DNA of 64,000 nt from Eubacteriales bacterium. Lineage in GTDB: Bacteria; Bacillota; Clostridia; Oscillospirales; UMGS1783. This document shows, in pieces, positions 18,421-30,805 of this stretch (its first letter is position 1; each line of letters starts with the position of its first letter). Location of the stretch: the NCBI GenBank assembly GCA_045595395.1, contig JAZOAH010000016.1, forward strand, positions 128,212-192,211, in the 5' to 3' direction. The position numbers and the translations under genes are program-made. Under the pieces are notes generated by a model. The model did not search any database and had not been told where the DNA came from. It saw only the letters and a program-made list of their open reading frames with translations.

Positions 18421-20595
18421 TTATTCGAGTTTGAGCTGTTGCGCCGTATCATTTTCACCTAAAAGTTTGGGAGCCGCAGGCAATGTCTTAGATCGATACA
18501 GATGCTCTTTGTTTAATCTTCCCTTTTCATACTCCTCTATCGCCACAATCTCCTGCTTCTTGCCCAAGGTGATGACATTGGTCCCCTGAGAGGAACGGGA
18601 CTGCTTATACGGCATAAGGGCCGTGTTGACCACAATACCGCGGTCGGCATCGGTGATGACCAGATACTCGGCATCGGCTTTGGGGGTAAAGAAGGCAATA
18701 GGCGTCAACTTATCGCAATAGGCCTTGAGCAGCTTCTTGCGGTTGGTCTTGGTGGCAAAGGAGGCCAGGTCGGTTTTTACCGCACGGCCGCCGGCATAGA
18801 AGATGATGAGTTTTTCCGAATAGTCATAGGTGACGGCGGTATAGACCACCTTTTCGTCCGGCTCCATACCCAGCACGCCCGGCAAATAATCTCCCAGTAC
18901 GCTGGCCTTGCTGTCGTTAAAGTCATAGACATGCGCCTTATAGGCCTGGCACTTATCGGTAAAGACGATCAGGTCGGCCTTATTGGATGCCTCGACCGAG
19001 CGCTGAAGTCCGTCGCCCTCCTTGAATTTCTGCTCACCGCCCATACGCAGCGACAAGGGCGTGATCTTCTTGAAATATCCCTCTTTACTAAAGAAGAGAG
19101 TAACGGGATAGTCCTCGATCTCCTTGTTCTCCACATACTGCTCGATCTCATCCTCAAACAGGATGGTAGAACGGCGGGGACGGCCGTATTTGTCGGCAAT
19201 ACGGTTGAGATCCTTGACCAGCATGCGGCGGAATTTGGTCTTGCTGGCAAGCAAACTTTCGATCTCGGCGATCTCCTTTTGCAGCGACTCGACCTCTTGG
19301 AGTTTATTGAGGATATATTCACGGTTTAAGTGACGCAATTTGATCTCAGCAATAAATTCTGCCTGTACCTTGTCGATGCCGAACTCGATCATCAAATTGG
19401 GGATGACCTCGCCTTCCGACTCGGTCTGGCGGATGATGCGGATGACCTCATCAATATCAAGCAGGATCTTCTTCATGGCCTCCAGCAGATGCAGGCGATC
19501 CTTCTTGGCATTCATATCAAAGTAGAGCCGACGCTTGACACACTCGGTGCGATAGGCCGTCCACTCGTCCAGGATCTCACGCACACCCATGACACGGGGC
19601 ATGCCGGCAATCAGGATGTTGAAATTACAGCCGAAACTGTCCTCCAGCGGCGTCAATTTATACAACTTGGTCATCAGCTGATCGGGGTCGGTACCTCGAC
19701 GCAGCTCGATCTGGATCTTAAGACCGTTTTTATCGGTCAGATCCTTGATGTCGGAGATCTCCTTGAGCTTGCCCGCCTTGTACAGTTCAGCAACTTTATC
19801 CACGATCAACTCAACCGAGGTCGTGTACGGAATCTCTGTGATTTCAATGACTCCGCGTTTTTTATCGTAACTGTACTTGGCACGGATCTTGAAAGAGCCG
19901 CGGCCGGTATCGTAGATGTTACGCATCTGCTCATGGGAGAGGATGATCTGACCGCCGGTTGAAAAGTCGGGGGCTAAGAGGGTGGTCATGATATCATGCT
20001 CGGGATTCTCAATGAGCGCCGCCGTGGTACGGCAGACCTCAGCGAGGTTAAAGGAGCAGATATTGCTGGCCATACCGACGGCGATACCCATATTGGCATT
20101 GACCAGGACATTGGGGAAGGTCGTCGGAAAAAGGGTCGGCTCTTGCATCTGGCCGTCATAGCTGTCGACAAAATCAACGGTATCCTTGTCCATGTCGGCA
20201 AACAACTCGGCGCAGAAGGGATCAAGCTTGCACTCGGTGTAACGGGAGGCGGCATAGGCCATATCCCTTGAATAGTGCTTACCGAAGTTACCCTTGGATT
20301 CGATAAAGGGATAAAGCAGCGCTTCATGGCCTCGTGAGAGACGCACCAGCGTATCGTAAATGGCCTGATCGCCGTGAGGGTTGAGCTTCATGGTCTGACC
20401 TACGACATTGGCCGATTTGGTCAATTCCCCTTTGAGCAATCCCATCTTATACATGGTATAGAGCAGTTTGCGATGGGAGGGCTTAAAGCCGTCGATCTCG
20501 GGGATGGCACGGGAGATAATGACGCTCATGGCGTAGGGCATATAGTTTTCACGCAGGGTATCGGTGATTCTCTGTTCCAAATAATTGTGTTCCAT
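18421..20595 (-). CDS. parC: Type IIA DNA topoisomerase subunit A (ParC-like, short C-terminal domain)
   Basis: ENYMPYAMSVIISRAIPEIDGFKPSHRKLLYTMY (winged-helix/active-site Tyr region), 724 aa, AGGAGG RBS. Lies immediately downstream of the B subunit gene. Confidence 0.8.
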   Translation of the reverse strand: MEHNYLEQRITDTLRENYMPYAMSVIISRAIPEIDGFKPSHRKLLYTMYKMGLLKGELTKSANVVGQTMKLNPHGDQAIYDTLVRLSRGHEALLYPFIESKGNFGKHYSRDMAYAASRYTECKLDPFCAELFADMDKDTVDFVDSYDGQMQEPTLFPTTFPNVLVNANMGIAVGMASNICSFNLAEVCRTTAALIENPEHDIMTTLLAPDFSTGGQIILSHEQMRNIYDTGRGSFKIRAKYSYDKKRGVIEITEIPYTTSVELIVDKVAELYKAGKLKEISDIKDLTDKNGLKIQIELRRGTDPDQLMTKLYKLTPLEDSFGCNFNILIAGMPRVMGVREILDEWTAYRTECVKRRLYFDMNAKKDRLHLLEAMKKILLDIDEVIRIIRQTESEGEVIPNLMIEFGIDKVQAEFIAEIKLRHLNREYILNKLQEVESLQKEIAEIESLLASKTKFRRMLVKDLNRIADKYGRPRRSTILFEDEIEQYVENKEIEDYPVTLFFSKEGYFKKITPLSLRMGGEQKFKEGDGLQRSVEASNKADLIVFTDKCQAYKAHVYDFNDSKASVLGDYLPGVLGMEPDEKVVYTAVTYDYSEKLIIFYAGGRAVKTDLASFATKTNRKKLLKAYCDKLTPIAFFTPKADAEYLVITDADRGIVVNTALMPYKQSRSSQGTNVITLGKKQEIVAIEEYEKGRLNKEHLYRSKTLPAAPKLLGENDTAQQLKLE

Positions 20596-20606
20596 GATAC
20601 CCTCCT

Positions 20607-22589
20607 TTACGAAAGATCGGCCAGATCGACATAGAGCGAGCCGTATTCTTTAATATAATCCTTACGCCCGGCCAGGTCATCACCCAGCAGCACATCGAAC
20701 ATACGAGCCGTTTCGGCAGCGTCGGCAGCGGTCACACGGATGAGCCGACGAGTTTCGGGGTTCATGGTAGTCTGCCACATCATTTCGGGCTCGTTCTCGC
20801 CAAGACCCTTGGATCGCTGGATCTTAACCTTTTTGCCGTCGAGTTTTTGCAGCAACTCGGCCTTGGCCTTATCGTCAAAGGCGAAATAGGTGTCCTTGCC
20901 GCAGGTGATCTCATACAGCGGCGTTTCGGCAATATAGACATAGCCCTCACGAATCAGGGTGGGCATCAGACGATAGATCATGGTTAGGATCAGGGTGCGG
21001 ATCTGATAGCCGTCGACGTCGGCGTCGGTACATATAATGATACGTTTATAGCGCAGGGCGTTCAGGTCAAACAAAGACATATCCTTGCCGGCCTTGCCCT
21101 TGATCTCAACGCCGCAGCCCATGACCTTGATCAGATCGGTGATGATCTCGCTTTTGAATATCTTATCCAGATCGGTCTTTAAGCAGTTTAATATCTTGCC
21201 ACGCACCGGCATGATGGCCTGGAAACGGGCATCTCTTCCCTGCTTACAGGAGCCCAATGCCGAGTCACCCTCCACGATGTAGAGTTCACGCTCTTCCGGT
21301 TTTTTGGAAGCGCAGTCGACAAACTTGGCGATACGGTTGGTCATATCCACCGTGCCCTGCACCTTCTTTTTATAGTCGGTACGGGCATGGTCGGCCTTTT
21401 CACGGGAGCGTTTGTTGATGAGTACCTGATCGGCAATGCGATCGGCCTGGGCTTTATTTTCAACAAAATAAATCTGCAGGGCCGATTTCAGATACTCGGT
21501 CATGGCCTCCTGGATAAACTTGTTATTGATGGCCTTTTTGGTCTGGTTTTCATAGGAGGTCAAGGTCGAGAAACAGTTAGACACGAGAGCCAGGCAATCC
21601 TGGACATCGACAAACTTGATCTGACTTTCGTTCTTATTATATTTACCCTGTTGCTTTAGATAGGCGTTGATGGCCGAAACAAAAGCGCTCTGCACCGCCT
21701 TGTCGGGCGCACCGCCGTGCTCCAGGTAAGAGCTGTTATGATAATACTCTAATTTCTGCTTGAGGGCCGAGAAAGCGAATACAACTTGTATTTTCAGTTT
21801 GTATTCGGGCTTGTCCTCACGGTCGCGCCCCACACGGTCGGCAGTGAAATTCTGCACCTCGGTGATGTTAGCATCACCCAAAAACTCGGTCATGTAATCG
21901 ACCGGGCCGTTGGGATAGCAGAATTCCTGTTCGGAGAACGAGCCGTTCTCCTCCTGCCAGCGCAGGACAAAATGCACACCGGCATTGGTGACGGCCTGGC
22001 GCCGCATCGTTTCCTCGAAGAAAGAGCGAGGAATAACAATATCGGTAAAAACCTTATTGTCGGGCTTAAAACGGGTCTTGGTTCCGGTGGAACGGTATCG
22101 CTTCGGCTCTTTTTTCAGACCACCGACATTTTTGCCGGCCTCAAAATGCAGGCTGTACTCAAACCCGTCGCGATGGACGGTGACATCCATATATTCGCTG
22201 GCATACTGGGTGGCACAGGCACCAAGGCCGTTAAGGCCCAGGGAATATTCATAATTCTCGCCCGAGGCGGTATCGTACTTGCCGCCGGCGTAGAGTTCAC
22301 AGTAGACCAGTTCCCAGTTAAAACGTTTTTCTTTTTCGTTAAAATCGACGGGACAGCCGCGGCCAAAGTCCTCGATCTCGATGGAATGGTCGCCGTAATA
22401 GGTCAGAACGATGCGGTCGCCATGCCCTTCACGGGCCTCGTCGATGGAGTTGGAGAGGATCTCGAAGGCGGCATGCTGACAGCCCTCCAGTCCGTCCGAC
22501 CCGAACATGACGCCGGGGCGTTTACGGACACGTTCCTCATCCTTAAGCATCGATATGCTTTCGTTGCCGTATTCTTTCTTTTTAGCCAT
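20607..22589 (-). CDS. parE: Type IIA DNA topoisomerase subunit B (ParE-like)
   Basis: GHKL ATPase N-terminus (LKDEERVRKRPGVMFGS, EILSNSIDEA), Toprim EGDSA and PVRGKILN, and DADVDG. Start set at the second ATG, 22589 (better RBS spacing). Confidence 0.85.
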   Translation of the reverse strand: MAKKKEYGNESISMLKDEERVRKRPGVMFGSDGLEGCQHAAFEILSNSIDEAREGHGDRIVLTYYGDHSIEIEDFGRGCPVDFNEKEKRFNWELVYCELYAGGKYDTASGENYEYSLGLNGLGACATQYASEYMDVTVHRDGFEYSLHFEAGKNVGGLKKEPKRYRSTGTKTRFKPDNKVFTDIVIPRSFFEETMRRQAVTNAGVHFVLRWQEENGSFSEQEFCYPNGPVDYMTEFLGDANITEVQNFTADRVGRDREDKPEYKLKIQVVFAFSALKQKLEYYHNSSYLEHGGAPDKAVQSAFVSAINAYLKQQGKYNKNESQIKFVDVQDCLALVSNCFSTLTSYENQTKKAINNKFIQEAMTEYLKSALQIYFVENKAQADRIADQVLINKRSREKADHARTDYKKKVQGTVDMTNRIAKFVDCASKKPEERELYIVEGDSALGSCKQGRDARFQAIMPVRGKILNCLKTDLDKIFKSEIITDLIKVMGCGVEIKGKAGKDMSLFDLNALRYKRIIICTDADVDGYQIRTLILTMIYRLMPTLIREGYVYIAETPLYEITCGKDTYFAFDDKAKAELLQKLDGKKVKIQRSKGLGENEPEMMWQTTMNPETRRLIRVTAADAAETARMFDVLLGDDLAGRKDYIKEYGSLYVDLADLS

Positions 22590-22671
22590 ATCCATTTCCT
22601 TTTCTTCACAGATATATCTATTATATAATTATTTTCCTATAAATACAAGGTATATTTTTTTACAAAAACCA

Positions 22672-22700
22672 TTGCATATATACACAAAGAGTGATAAAAT
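22672..22700 (+). promoter_or_regulatory. Candidate sigma-A promoter of the PFOR gene
   Basis: TTGCAT-N17-TAAAAT with TG at the extended -10 position, about 50 nt upstream of the ATG. Confidence 0.45.
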
Positions 22701-22749
22701 CTATACTGTATGATTAAGTCATAATAATTTCTACATAGGAGGATTCCCA

Positions 22750-26289
<3,540 letters not shown>

Positions 26290-26308
26290 CAGATGAATAT
26301 TAACTGAA

Positions 26309-26339
26309 GAAAGGGACGGCATCTTGCCGTCCCTTTTTC
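26309..26339 (+). terminator. Intrinsic terminator of nifJ
   Basis: gggacggca-tct-tgccgtccc followed by ttttt. Confidence 0.85.
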
Positions 26340-26373
26340 TTTATGGTATAATAGTCCTGTAAAGGAGATGTCT

Positions 26374-27033
26374 ATGGAACAGGAAATGATCGCCCTATCG
26401 GAGCAGGATATTGAATATTTGATCGAAACGACCCGCCCCTTCGCCGAGCTAATGATGCGCTATCGCTGCGCCATCAAAGAAGTTCAGACGAAATTTGAGG
26501 TGCTCAACGAAGAGTTTTCCATCCGCTATAACCGCAACCCCGTCGAAGCCATCAAAACCAGACTAAAATCCCCTCGCAGTATCTTCGGCAAGATGCAGAA
26601 GAACGATCTGCCCATTACGGTGGAAAATATCCGTGAACATCTTTCGGACATTGCCGGTATCCGCATCATCTGCTCCTATCCCGAAGATATTTACACGCTG
26701 TGCGATATGTTTTTGCGGCAGGATGATGTACGGCTGATTCGCAAGAAAGATTACATAGCCAATCCTAAGGAGAACGGATACCGCAGCTTACACCTGATCG
26801 TGGAGATTCCCATTTTCCTGACCGATGCTAAGGAATATGTACGGGCCGAAGTGCAATTTCCCACCATTGCCATGGATTTTTGGGCATCCCTGGAACATAA
26901 ACTTAAATATAAAAAGGATATTCCCTTTGCCGATGAGGTGGCGCAAGAGTTAAAGGATTGCGCCGAACAGATCGCTTTTTTAGATCGCCGCATGGAGGCC
27001 ATCCATCGTCATATTGAAGACCTGACAAAATAA
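26374..27033 (+). CDS. Small alarmone synthetase (RelA/SpoT-domain GTP pyrophosphokinase, RelQ/RelP type)
   Basis: About 219 aa, synthetase-only. Motifs: RLKSPRSIFGKM, DIAGIRIICSY, NGYRSLHLIV, EVQFPTIAMDFWASLEHKLKYK. Start set at the second ATG (GGAG spacing). Confidence 0.88.
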   Translation: MEQEMIALSEQDIEYLIETTRPFAELMMRYRCAIKEVQTKFEVLNEEFSIRYNRNPVEAIKTRLKSPRSIFGKMQKNDLPITVENIREHLSDIAGIRIICSYPEDIYTLCDMFLRQDDVRLIRKKDYIANPKENGYRSLHLIVEIPIFLTDAKEYVRAEVQFPTIAMDFWASLEHKLKYKKDIPFADEVAQELKDCAEQIAFLDRRMEAIHRHIEDLTK

Positions 27034-27062
27034 GAAGGACGCTTATGCGTCCTTCTTTTTTC
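27032..27062. terminator. Bidirectional terminator shared by the alarmone synthetase gene and plsY
   Basis: aagaaggacgc-ttat-gcgtccttctt forms an 11-bp stem. The plsY stop codon lies in the loop. Confidence 0.8.
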
Positions 27063-27684
27063 CTAATCTATTTTCCGTTCCGTTTAGTAATCGTTTGATA
27101 TTTTCCCGGTGGGTAAAGACCAGAAGCAAACCGAAGAAAAATACCGTTCCCACATACATCCACACCTGATCCCACGCCAGCGCATCAACATAGCGACGCA
27201 GGATAAAGGCCGAGAGCGGACCGGTGATGGTGGTGGACAGGCTGGCAATGGACATATACTTGGTGGTGACCAAAAGAATGATAAACACCGCCAGCATGCA
27301 AAGGAACATGCGCCAGTCAAGCAAAATGAGCATACCGCCGATGGTAGCCACGCCCTTGCCGCCCCGAAACCCGAAGATGGCCGGATAGATATGACCAATA
27401 GCCGCAGCCAGACCCGATAGTCCAATGACAAGCAGATTGCTTGGCTCTCCTACGATAAGAAAGGCACCCAGGTAGCAGGCCAGCACGCCCTTACCAATAT
27501 CGAAGAGCATGACGGTGGTACCGAAGGGCCAGCCAAAAACACGGAAGGCGTTGGTGGTGCCGGCATTACAACTGCCGTAACTGCGAATGTCTTTTTTGAA
27601 GATCAGATTAGAGCCGATGATGGCAATATTGATATTGCCCAAACAATAGGCCACGACCATGGCCAGAATATATTTTCCTATCAT
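27043..27684 (-). CDS. plsY: Glycerol-3-phosphate acyltransferase PlsY
   Basis: AYCLGNI..SYGSCNAGTTNAFRVFG..GKGVA motifs; about 6 TM helices. Start set at ATG 27684 (MIGKYIL; AGGTGA RBS), consistent with PlsY N-terminal length. Confidence 0.9.
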   Translation of the reverse strand: MIGKYILAMVVAYCLGNINIAIIGSNLIFKKDIRSYGSCNAGTTNAFRVFGWPFGTTVMLFDIGKGVLACYLGAFLIVGEPSNLLVIGLSGLAAAIGHIYPAIFGFRGGKGVATIGGMLILLDWRMFLCMLAVFIILLVTTKYMSIASLSTTITGPLSAFILRRYVDALAWDQVWMYVGTVFFFGLLLVFTHRENIKRLLNGTENRLGKKKDA

Positions 27685-27688
27685 GCCC

Positions 27689-29011
27689 TCACCTATTATC
27701 CTTTTCATCACGCTCACGCACCATGGTGCGAATGGGCGTACCGGTCAACCCAAAGGTCTCACGGATGCAATTTTCAATATAACGCTTATACGAGAAATGG
27801 AACAGCCGTTTATCGTTAACAAAGACGACAAATGTCGGCGGACGGACGCTGGCCTGGGTAATATAATACAAGCGCAGACGGCGGCCCTTATCCGAGGGCG
27901 GCTGGACTTTGGTAACGGCATCGGCCAGCATAGAATTCAAGCGTCCGGTCGGGATGCGCATACAGTTTTGAGCATTGACAGCATGGATCAGCGGGAAAAG
28001 TTTGTCCACACGCTGTCCCGTCATCGCAGAAATAAACTCGATCGGTGCATAGTCCATAAAGGCCAGGCGACGCTTAATATCCTTTTTAAGCTTTTCCATC
28101 GTGCCTGTTTCTTTATCCACATCATCCCACTTATTGGCAACCACGACACAGGCCTTACCCAGATCGTCGGCGTAACCGGCAATTTTAGTGTCCTGCTCGG
28201 TCACACCCTCACGGGCATCGATGAGCACCAACACAACATCGGCACGTTCTACGGCCATATAGGAGCGTAAAACGCTGTATTTCTCGATATTCTCATCCAC
28301 CTTGCTCTTGCGGCGCAGTCCTGCCGTATCAATGAGCATATATTTGCCGTGCTCATTTTCATAATAGGCGTCGATGGCATCACGGGTGGTGCCGGCGATA
28401 TTGGAAACGATCGAGCGCTCTTTTCCTAAAATGCAGTTGAGCAGCGAAGATTTACCGACATTCGGCTTGCCTATGATGGCCACCTTAATGACATCGGAGT
28501 CTTCCTCGTCGTTTTCCTCGGGCAACAGGTCGCAGACACGGTCGAGAACATCGCCGGTACCGTGGCCATGGACGGCCGAAACTGAAAAGACATCCTCAAA
28601 GCCGAGATTGTAAAACTCATAAAATTCAGGGGGTTCAGCCCCGACACTGTCACACTTATTCACGCAGACCAGCACAGGCTTATTGCTGTGGCGCAGCATT
28701 TGAGCCACCGCCTCGTCGGTAGCGGTGACGCCGGTGGTGATATCGCAGATAAAGAGCACGACATCAGCGCCGTCGATGGCCAACTGAGCCTGCTCACGAA
28801 TCTTAGACAGGATGACATCCCCGGTATCGGGCTCGATACCGCCGGTGTCGATCAAAGTAAAGCTACGATCGAGCCAGGTGCACGAGGCATGCAGCCGATC
28901 GCGGGTAACGCCGGGGACATTGTCCACAATGGACAGACGCTGACCGGCTAATTTATTGAATAAGGTCGACTTTCCCACATTGGGACGGCCGACGACAGCA
29001 ACTACTGCCAT
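27689..29011 (-). CDS. der: Ribosome-biogenesis GTPase Der (EngA)
   Basis: Tandem G domains (GRPNVGKST..DTGG and GKPNVGKSS..DTAG..NKWD) plus a KH-like C-terminus; 440 aa. Confidence 0.96.
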   Translation of the reverse strand: MAVVAVVGRPNVGKSTLFNKLAGQRLSIVDNVPGVTRDRLHASCTWLDRSFTLIDTGGIEPDTGDVILSKIREQAQLAIDGADVVLFICDITTGVTATDEAVAQMLRHSNKPVLVCVNKCDSVGAEPPEFYEFYNLGFEDVFSVSAVHGHGTGDVLDRVCDLLPEENDEEDSDVIKVAIIGKPNVGKSSLLNCILGKERSIVSNIAGTTRDAIDAYYENEHGKYMLIDTAGLRRKSKVDENIEKYSVLRSYMAVERADVVLVLIDAREGVTEQDTKIAGYADDLGKACVVVANKWDDVDKETGTMEKLKKDIKRRLAFMDYAPIEFISAMTGQRVDKLFPLIHAVNAQNCMRIPTGRLNSMLADAVTKVQPPSDKGRRLRLYYITQASVRPPTFVVFVNDKRLFHFSYKRYIENCIRETFGLTGTPIRTMVRERDEKDNR

Positions 29012-29028
29012 GCCCTACCTCCTTTGAT

Positions 29029-29063
29029 AAAAAAAGAGAAGGAAACTCATCGTCGCCTTCTCT
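29029..29063 (-). terminator. Hairpin/terminator between rpmF and der
   Basis: agagaagg / ccttctct forms an 8-bp stem with a 13-nt loop, followed on the minus strand by a T-run. It ends about 10 nt before the der RBS (GGAGG). Confidence 0.55.
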
Positions 29064-29068
29064 GTTTT

Positions 29069-29254
29069 TTACGCCTCTTCCTTTTTCACGACCAGATTAC
29101 CGTCATAGTAACCGCAATTATCGCACACTCTGTGGGGAGCGATCAGCTCGCCGCACTGCTTGCACTTCGTGAGCGCCGGAGCGTCCAGCTTCCAGACGTT
29201 GGATCGACGCAGGTCTCTTCTGGATTTCGATGTTTTTCTCTTGGGAACCGCCAT
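29069..29254 (-). CDS. rpmF: 50S ribosomal protein L32
   Basis: MAVPKRKTSKSRRDLRR.. with a Cys4 zinc ribbon (CKQCG..CDNCG); 61 aa. Confidence 0.96.
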   Translation of the reverse strand: MAVPKRKTSKSRRDLRRSNVWKLDAPALTKCKQCGELIAPHRVCDNCGYYDGNLVVKKEEA

Positions 29255-29288
29255 CTATGACACCTCCTTAACCGGGTTTTATAACTTA

Positions 29289-29732
29289 TCAAGCCGTATG
29301 GTCGCAACTGCCGTGATTGAGATCCTGACCACAGACGGGGCATAACCCCTTGCACTCAGGCGAACAGAGAAGCTTGGACGGATATTCGTCAAACAAGGCT
29401 TCCTCAACAGCCGTGCTCAGATCAATGATGTGGCCGCCTTCCAGGCTGACCAGATCATCACCACCCCCATCGGGGCCGATAAAGCATTCGAGGGGCACAT
29501 TCACATCAAAGGCCACATCGCCAAGACAGCGTGCGCAGGGCGCAACTGCATGAGCGGAGATGGCAGCCTCGATGGCAATGCCCTGATATCGGTTACGCAC
29601 CGTACCTTTGACATGTACCATGCTGAAGGGACGGACCCCATCCCCCATTTCAAGGGATGAAAAATCCTTCTCACATTCAAACGATAGCACAAATTTTTCA
29701 CTGGCCAGTACTTGACCGATGTTCAGTTTCAT
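29289..29732 (-). CDS. yceD: YceD/DUF177 family protein (large-subunit rRNA accumulation protein)
   Basis: Conserved position upstream of rpmF, and the C-terminal CSPECKGLCPVCGQDLN motif typical of DUF177. Confidence 0.85.
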   Translation of the reverse strand: MKLNIGQVLASEKFVLSFECEKDFSSLEMGDGVRPFSMVHVKGTVRNRYQGIAIEAAISAHAVAPCARCLGDVAFDVNVPLECFIGPDGGGDDLVSLEGGHIIDLSTAVEEALFDEYPSKLLCSPECKGLCPVCGQDLNHGSCDHTA

Positions 29733-29807
29733 ACTATTACCTCGATACGCATATTACATTATACATATTTGACCGTTGTATGTCAAGTAATTTCTTAATA
29801 TTTCCCA

Positions 29808-30689
29808 CTAATGTTTAGGAATATACCGACCACGATGAAATGACGGCAAAAGAGCCATCCCCGTCCCAGCGTGACGGCGCCCGGCAACAGGCGTAACCTG
29901 AGCCGAATATCCGCAAGACAGGGCAAATCCCATCAACGCAAGGTCGCACAACTGCGTCGTTATCCCAAACAATCCCTGGTAGACAGGCACCCGCAACATT
30001 GCCAATACCGTGGCCGCTACGGCTGATAGCGCCAGCAATACCACCGACGCAGATGAAACTGCCAAAAAGCTACTTTTCCCACTGCCATCCAGGAGAACAC
30101 GCCCCAACTGCGACAAAAACAGCAACGCAACCCCACAGGATAAAAGTCGGATGGCATAGGTATCGACCGACGGATTGGTGGTAATGGTCATAAAATCATC
30201 GATCAAACGAAGGATATACAATCCGATCGGGCCCAGGATGAGCGTCAAACTGATAGCCGAGGGTAATTGCGGGCCTTTCCAACACAACAAAAAGAAGAAG
30301 CCTACCGACAAGATTGCAAATAATACCTTACCGATAGCCAACCACGGGATCTCCAGTCGATACATCAGCAGAGCGCCCGAAAATTCCTTCCACAGCGCCA
30401 CCAGCGACACAATCAGCTGTGTTGCAAAAACTACGGCGGCGATTGCGGCCATGATGCGAAACACCTTGCCATCCCCCATCGACACCCGGCCGTTACCCCA
30501 AAGGCTCGGCAGCGCAGCCAGGAGCAATACGAAAACGCAAAGCACAACCTGCAGCACCGTCCAAACATCCGATATACTGTAACCGTTGATCCGATCGGTA
30601 CCAAGCAGCAACACAAGCATGCGTACCACGCATAGCAGCGCTGCTCCCGCCATGGTAAATATCATGCGATTTTTTCTTAAAAATTCCAC
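29808..30689 (-). CDS. Hypothetical polytopic membrane protein
   Basis: 293 aa with about 8 hydrophobic helices and no recognisable motif. It has its own transcription unit, with terminators on both sides. Confidence 0.5.
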   Translation of the reverse strand: MEFLRKNRMIFTMAGAALLCVVRMLVLLLGTDRINGYSISDVWTVLQVVLCVFVLLLAALPSLWGNGRVSMGDGKVFRIMAAIAAVVFATQLIVSLVALWKEFSGALLMYRLEIPWLAIGKVLFAILSVGFFFLLCWKGPQLPSAISLTLILGPIGLYILRLIDDFMTITTNPSVDTYAIRLLSCGVALLFLSQLGRVLLDGSGKSSFLAVSSASVVLLALSAVAATVLAMLRVPVYQGLFGITTQLCDLALMGFALSCGYSAQVTPVAGRRHAGTGMALLPSFHRGRYIPKH

Positions 30690-30767
30690 TGCCGCTTCAC
30701 CTCTCTTGCTATTTTACCGCATTTTACCTCAAATTCCAATAGTTCAATCAAAAATTCTTTGTAAATA

Positions 30768-30801
30768 ATTAAAATAGGCAGCGCAGATAACTGCGCTGCC
30801 T
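30768..30801 (-). terminator. Intrinsic terminator ending the GRE-activase-GH3 operon
   Basis: aggcagcgcag-ataa-ctgcgctgcct forms an 11-bp stem directly after the GH3 stop, with a U-rich tail on the minus strand. Confidence 0.7.
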
Positions 30802-30805
30802 AAGC

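Noticed and set aside
18421-22589. Annotating the topoisomerase pair as DNA gyrase (gyrB-gyrA).
   Set aside because: - The A subunit is only 724 aa with a reduced C-terminal domain, and I saw no GyrA-box.
- The locus is not next to dnaA/dnaN/recF.
- A ParE/ParC-like second type IIA enzyme is more likely, but sequence alone cannot settle this.
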